Assembly (NCBI GenBank): GCA_964468515.1
Contig: CAYXWB010000012.1
Coordinates: 1-36,490 of the forward strand
DNA length: 36,490 bases
From: an uncultured Bradymonadales bacterium
Lineage (GTDB): Bacteria; Myxococcota_A; Bradymonadia; Bradymonadales; Bradymonadaceae
Reading direction: 5' to 3'
The position numbers and the translations under genes are program-made. Positions within the stretch are counted from its first letter, which is position 1. Each line of letters starts with the position of its first letter. The notes beneath the pieces were generated by a model. It was not told the origin of the DNA and made no database searches. It was given only the letters and a program-made list of their open reading frames with translations. Below are positions 27,357-36,490 of the stretch, piece after piece.

Positions 27357-28481
27357 ATGCCAGCCCACAAGCGCGACAAGACCTCCTCGGGACGCGGCGC
27401 CACAGCGGCGCAGCCTGCGGCCGCGCCGCTGTGGCGCCGCGCCCTGACGCACGCGCTGGCCATCGCGCTCTTGATTTTTACCCTGCTGGGGATCCTCGCG
27501 CTGCACTATCAGGCCACCGTGAGCCGCGCCGTGCTCGTCCCCGATGAGACGCGCACCGTGGTGATCCCACGCGACATGCCGTGGCCCCAGATCGTCGCCT
27601 CGCTCAAAGCCCAAGGCCTCGTCAGCCGCCCGCTGTACTTCGAGCTGTGGGCGCGCCGCCAAGGCCTGCCAAGCCAGGTGCGCGCGGGCACCTACCAGCT
27701 CACCGGGCCGCTCGATTGGCAAGGGCTCGGCGTCGCGCTCAGGCGCGGCGGTCAGCTCGACGACGCCTCCGTCACGCTGCTGGAGGGCTGGACCATCTTC
27801 CACATCGCCGATCGGCTGGAGTCCAAGGGCCTCGTCAACCGCCAAGCGTTCCTCGCCGCAGCGCGCGATCCGGCGCTCATGGCTGAGCTGAAGATCCCTG
27901 GCGAGTCGGTCGAGGGCTACCTGGCGCCCGACACGTATCAGCTCGCCAAGGGCCAGACACCGCAGCAGATCATCCGCAGGTTGCATCAGCAGTGGCGCGC
28001 GCGCTGGGAGCGGGTGGTGGCCGAGCGGCCCGAGGCGCTGGCGCGCATGAGGCGCGACTATGAGCTTGATGAGGCGCAGCTCGTGATCCTCGCGAGCTTG
28101 GTGCAGCGTGAGAGTCATCATGCGCCAGAGCAGCCCATCATCGCGCGCGTGTTCCTCAACCGCCTGAGCAAGCCGATGCGGTTGCAGACCGACCCGACCT
28201 GCGTTTATGGCGAGCAGACCTACCGCGAGGTGCCCTCGCCCGCGCGCTGCAAAGATCCGCTCAACCGCTACTCGACCTATCGCATCGACGGCCTGCCGCC
28301 TGGCCCCATTGGGAATCCTGGCGCGGACGCGCTGCGCGCGGCGCTGTCGCCCTCAGACGATCCTGCGGCCAAGCGCTACCTGTTCTTCGTCGCGCGCCGC
28401 GATGGCGCGCCCGGACATCAGTTCTCGGAGACCTTCGAGGCGCATCGCGCGGCGATCCGTCAGCATCTGATCCGGCGCTGA
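27357..28481 (+). CDS. mltG: Endolytic murein transglycosylase MltG (YceG-like).
   Basis: AGGAGG lies 7 nt upstream of the ATG at 27357. N-terminal TM anchor and a YceG domain with the catalytic region (LASLVQRESHHAPEQPIIARVFLNRL...LQTDPTCVYG...YSTYRIDGLPPGPIGNPG). Confidence 0.88.
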   Translation: MPAHKRDKTSSGRGATAAQPAAAPLWRRALTHALAIALLIFTLLGILALHYQATVSRAVLVPDETRTVVIPRDMPWPQIVASLKAQGLVSRPLYFELWARRQGLPSQVRAGTYQLTGPLDWQGLGVALRRGGQLDDASVTLLEGWTIFHIADRLESKGLVNRQAFLAAARDPALMAELKIPGESVEGYLAPDTYQLAKGQTPQQIIRRLHQQWRARWERVVAERPEALARMRRDYELDEAQLVILASLVQRESHHAPEQPIIARVFLNRLSKPMRLQTDPTCVYGEQTYREVPSPARCKDPLNRYSTYRIDGLPPGPIGNPGADALRAALSPSDDPAAKRYLFFVARRDGAPGHQFSETFEAHRAAIRQHLIRR

Positions 28482-28574
28482 GCGTCGCGGCGCGATTGAT
28501 CAGCGCTCGCTTTCTGGATAGGCTGACGGTGAGCTATTATAGCGTGAGCTTTCTTGCGAACTGACGAGGCACCC

Positions 28575-30173
28575 ATGATGCGCGCGATGCCACGACCTTT
28601 GATCATCAGCCCGCTGTGTGTGGCGCTGCTCCTGTTGGGGCTAGGATGCTCTCAGGGCGAGTCCACCGCGCCGCGCCCTCAGCGCCCCCCAGATGACACC
28701 TCGGACATGGACATGGGCCCAGGTGTTGACGTGCCTCCCGATCAACCTCTGGCGGTGATCCCCGATGAGGGCTGCGATCCCGAGGCCCCTGATGAGCCCG
28801 ATGGTGACGCGCTCGACACCAACTGCGACGGGATCGACGGCGACATCATGCGCAGCATCTTCGTCGCCTCGTACGGCGATGACGCCAACCCTGGCACGCG
28901 CCAAGCGCCCAAGAAGTCGATCCAAGCCGCCATTGATCTGGCCGCGACGGATGACTCGCGCCAGTGGGTCTTGGTCGAGGACGGGCTCTATGAGGGTGGG
29001 ATTCGGCTGGTCAACGGCGTGAACATCACGGGCGGCTACCAGCTGGGCTGGCGCCGCACCCCTGACAGCTTCGCGACGATTCGCGGCGCAAACCCCGCCA
29101 TCTCGGCAGTAGACCTGCCCGACGCGCTCACCTTGATGAACTTAGAGGTGCAACCTGGCGAGGTGATGCCCGGAGAGACGGTCATCACGATGGCGCTGGA
29201 GCGCAGCCCCGGCGTGCATTTGGAGCGGGTACGGCTCATCGGCGGCGCGGGCGGCCCGGGCGCGCGCGGCATGCAGGGCGTCACTGGGGAGCTGGGCCGT
29301 CAAGGCGCGCGCGGTGGTAATGGCGTGCGCGACAGCGACGCGTGGCTCTGCTCAAATAACCCACAGCCCACCCCTGGTGGCGGCGGCGGCGGCATGTGCG
29401 GCGGCGCCGATGGTGCGCGCGGCGGCGCGCCGGGCCACTTTAACAATGGTGGCTCTGCAGGCGCGCCAGGCAGCGGCGGCGCCGCAGGCGGCGCGGGCGG
29501 CGCGTCATCGCGTGCGGGCGGTGGCAACGGCGCCGCTGGCGGGCGCGGCGCCGCAGGTGGCCCTGGTACCGGTGGCTTGAACACGGGGCGCTTTGAGGGG
29601 CGTCAGTGGCTTGGGCAGGCGGGTCACCCTGGCGAGAAGGGCACCTCCGGCGCCTCAGGCGGCGGCGGCGGTGGCGGCGGCGGCGGCGGTCAAGGCACCA
29701 CCGAGTGCAAAGCCTGGGGCGGCGCTGGCGGCGGTGGCGGCTCGGGCGGCTGCGGTGGCGAGGGCGGCTCAGGTGGCCAAGCCGGTGGCGCGTCTGTCGT
29801 GCTGTTCCTCATCGACAGCGACATCACCATGAGCCAATGCCGCGTGTTTGTCGGCGCGGGCGGCGCGGGCGGCGAGGGTGGCGCGGGCGGTGTGGGTGGC
29901 CAAGGCGGCGAGGGCGGTGTGGGCGGCGGTCGCTTCAACAACAGCGGTCAAGGTGGCCTCGGTGGCCCTGGCGGTCAAGGTGGCCCCGGCGGTCAAGGCG
30001 GCGGCGGCGCGGGCGGTCCCGCGTTTGGCATCTACACCAACGTCGCGCTGTCTCAAGAGACAGGCTTTGAGCTGGTCGATGGCTCGGGCGGCTTCGGGGG
30101 CAACGGGCTTGGCGCCGAGGGGCGCGGCGCCGTCGGCGCCACGCGCGCCATTCAGGTCGGGCCTATCGATTGA
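28575..30173 (+). CDS. Secreted lipoprotein with a MopE-like Cys/Asp motif, a right-handed beta-helix N-domain and a long Gly-rich low-complexity region.
   Basis: The ORF-track start at 28554 is TTG. The ATG at 28575 has GACGAGG upstream. Signal peptide plus Cys (LLLLGLGCSQ). DTNCDGIDGD motif. Beta-helix-like region (SIQAAIDLAATDDSRQWVLVEDGLYEGGIRLVNGVNITGG). Then about 260 aa of GGxGG repeats. Confidence 0.65.
   Translation: MMRAMPRPLIISPLCVALLLLGLGCSQGESTAPRPQRPPDDTSDMDMGPGVDVPPDQPLAVIPDEGCDPEAPDEPDGDALDTNCDGIDGDIMRSIFVASYGDDANPGTRQAPKKSIQAAIDLAATDDSRQWVLVEDGLYEGGIRLVNGVNITGGYQLGWRRTPDSFATIRGANPAISAVDLPDALTLMNLEVQPGEVMPGETVITMALERSPGVHLERVRLIGGAGGPGARGMQGVTGELGRQGARGGNGVRDSDAWLCSNNPQPTPGGGGGGMCGGADGARGGAPGHFNNGGSAGAPGSGGAAGGAGGASSRAGGGNGAAGGRGAAGGPGTGGLNTGRFEGRQWLGQAGHPGEKGTSGASGGGGGGGGGGGQGTTECKAWGGAGGGGGSGGCGGEGGSGGQAGGASVVLFLIDSDITMSQCRVFVGAGGAGGEGGAGGVGGQGGEGGVGGGRFNNSGQGGLGGPGGQGGPGGQGGGGAGGPAFGIYTNVALSQETGFELVDGSGGFGGNGLGAEGRGAVGATRAIQVGPID
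29240..30030 (+). repeat. GGC/GGT-codon low-complexity repeat tract inside the lipoprotein gene.
   Basis: Runs such as ggcggcggcggtggcggcggcggcggt. The alternative frames give the Arg/Trp-rich and Pro-rich ORF-track artefacts. Confidence 0.5.
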
Positions 30174-30296
30174 AGATGTTGCTGCGCGCGCGTGCGCCGC
30201 GCTGTGTGAATAGAGCGTTGGCGAGCGCTGTTGAGTCTCGTACTGTGGACCTCTGGGCGCCGCCACTGCACCTTGGCGCCCGCGCGAGTGAGCCTG

Positions 30297-31004
30297 ATGT
30301 CACATGAGCTGCATTATCTGGTCACGGTCGATGATATCGCCCGCTTAAACCACTATCACAACCAGCGCTCCCCTTGGCTCAAGCGCCGGCGCGTGGCCCT
30401 CGGGTTGGCCATCGGGATGATGGGCCTCGGCATCTTCATGCTGATCGGCGCGAGCGTTGCGAGCATCTTCGTGCTGATGTTCTCGCTGTTCAACGCGCTG
30501 TGGATCATCGCCGGACAGCGCCAAGTGTCGCGCAAGCAGCTCACCTACATTCGACGCTTGTTCAGCGAGGGCGAGAACCGGGCGCTGTTTGGGCCGCACC
30601 AGATCGTGCTGCATGAGGATCGCGTGGAGGTCATCACGCCGTACTCGCGCACTGAGTTTAAGTGGGAGGCGGTGGAGCGCGTGGAGCAGGATGAGACGCA
30701 CATCTATGTTTATGTGAGCGCGCTCAACGCCCATGTGATCCCCAAGCAGTACTTCACCAGCGAGCTGGAGGCGCAGCGCTTCTTCCAGCAAGCGGCGCAT
30801 TTGCGCGAGCGCGCCCATCACCGCTTGCTCTATGCCGCGCCCGGCAGCCCCGCAGGGTTCTTAGAGGGCGCGCCCTCGCGCCCGGCGCCGCGCCACGCGC
30901 CGCACCCTGCGCCGCGCCCCGAGCCTCGCTTCGGACCCGCTGGCCCGCGACCAAGCGCGCCCACGGGCGCCTTTGGCGGCCCCGACACGGACGGCTCGCT
31001 ATGA
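30297..31004 (+). CDS. YcxB-like membrane protein with two TM helices and a bacterial PH-like domain, plus a Pro/Ala-rich C-terminal tail.
   Basis: ATG at 30297 (MSHELHYLVTVDDIARL...). Two adjacent TM helices (VALGLAIGMMGLGIFMLIGASVASIFVLMFSLFNALWII) are followed by a globular region of about 100 aa (YIYVYVSALNAHVIPKQYF), typical of the YcxB family. The ORF-track start at 30231 is TTG. Confidence 0.55.
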   Translation: MSHELHYLVTVDDIARLNHYHNQRSPWLKRRRVALGLAIGMMGLGIFMLIGASVASIFVLMFSLFNALWIIAGQRQVSRKQLTYIRRLFSEGENRALFGPHQIVLHEDRVEVITPYSRTEFKWEAVERVEQDETHIYVYVSALNAHVIPKQYFTSELEAQRFFQQAAHLRERAHHRLLYAAPGSPAGFLEGAPSRPAPRHAPHPAPRPEPRFGPAGPRPSAPTGAFGGPDTDGSL

Positions 31005-31006
31005 GC

Positions 31007-31032
31007 GCCGCAGCTCAGCGCTGAGCTGCGGC
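31007..31032. terminator. Perfect 26-bp palindrome 3 nt after the stop of the YcxB-like gene.
   Basis: gccgcagctcagc|gctgagctgcggc. Confidence 0.35.
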
Positions 31033-31245
31033 TGCGCATCCCCTCACATCATCGCATCCCAAGCACAGCGCGCGCTCGTGGCGCCATCGCTGTTGCGCGT
31101 CGTCTCGGCTGAACCTAGACTGCGCAGCCGCGTGGCTTACGCCCCACAAGCGCCTGATCTTACCGCGCGCGCGTGCGATGTCTTCGCTGACATCGACCTC
31201 AGCACGCGTCATGCGCGTCACACCATCGTCCAGGAGCAGTGAGTT

Positions 31246-33867
<2,622 letters not shown>

Positions 33868-33889
33868 CGGCCGCCTCGCACGCTCGCGA

Positions 33890-33933
33890 GCGACAGGGCC
33901 GCGCGTGGCGTTCGCCACGCGCGGCCCTGTCGC
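33890..33933 (+). terminator. Stem-loop of about 20 bp, 23 nt after the leuS stop.
   Basis: gcgacagggccgcgcgtggcg-tt-cgccacgcgcggccctgtcgc. There is no U-tract, which is common in high-GC genomes. Confidence 0.45.
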
Positions 33934-34113
33934 GCTGTGGCGCGAAGCGTCATCGTCGATGACGCGATGCGTTACAATTTATGCGGCAGAGCGGGCATTT
34001 GCCGCCGCTTAATCCGCGCTTTATTTTGAAGGAGGGGGTGTGCTAAGGAGCGAGGCTTCAGGAGGCCGCCGTCTCCACCTGCTCTCTCTCTCTCCAGTCA
34101 TCCCGAGGCATGC

Positions 34114-36336
<2,223 letters not shown>

Positions 36337-36350
36337 CATCAGGAGAAAGC

Positions 36351-36413
36351 GCGCGGGCCACAGCCCGCGCTGCTCCAGAGGGTGAGCGGGCGCGGCCGGT
36401 GGAGGCCGCGCCC
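36351..36413 (+). terminator. Two tandem GC-rich hairpins after the E1 gene.
   Basis: gcgcgggc-caca-gcccgcgc at 36351-36370 and gggcgcggcc-ggtgga-ggccgcgccc at 36388-36413. Confidence 0.45.
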
Positions 36414-36490
36414 CCCCGCGTGTTGTTTGCCCCGGAGCCGCCCCCCCCCGCCTCAGATGCTCACGATTATGGCCCCTCCGGAACCCGAAG

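Noticed and set aside
29606-30070. Arg/Trp-rich + ORF and Pro-rich - ORF (29690-29941).
   Set aside because: These are alternative frames of the GGC repeat tract in the Gly-rich lipoprotein gene.

Overview
This 36.5 kb window is very GC-rich (about 70%). The many Ser/Thr kinases, lipoproteins and long intergenic regions make a Myxococcota-like chromosome likely, though that is inference. The window is gene-dense and carries no tRNA or rRNA genes, no CRISPR array and no transposase or integrase.

Several calls are housekeeping genes and can be made with confidence: uvrC, prmC, mgtE, ldhA, a CDF metal exporter, an RND/MMPL-type exporter, ruvX, mltG, leuS and a fused alpha/beta E1 of a 2-oxoacid dehydrogenase.

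The more interesting features are accessory:
- A full-length bacterial homologue of the eukaryotic major vault protein (MVP, 836 aa) at 15002-17512. It is preceded by a His/Asp-rich lipoprotein gene with an AT-rich operator-like island upstream and a duplicated 3' end.
- A membrane-anchored protein with ComEA-like helix-hairpin-helix repeats and an Mrr-cat (PD-(D/E)xK) nuclease domain, inserted between ruvX and mltG in what looks like a tightly coupled operon.
- A probable operon encoding a Ser/Thr kinase with a receiver (REC)-like and an Hpt-like C-terminus, followed by a protein with three TusA-like domains fused to a DsrE-like domain (a sulfur-relay fold).
- A transmembrane Ser/Thr kinase followed by an FAD oxidoreductase.
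- A glycine-rich beta-helix lipoprotein, and an outer-membrane beta-barrel candidate.

The supplied ORF track prints M for GTG/TTG starts and reports the longest ORF. Several starts were therefore re-placed at in-frame ATG codons that have Shine-Dalgarno-like sequences upstream. Many listed ORFs lie antisense to real genes and are wrong-frame artefacts of the high GC content.
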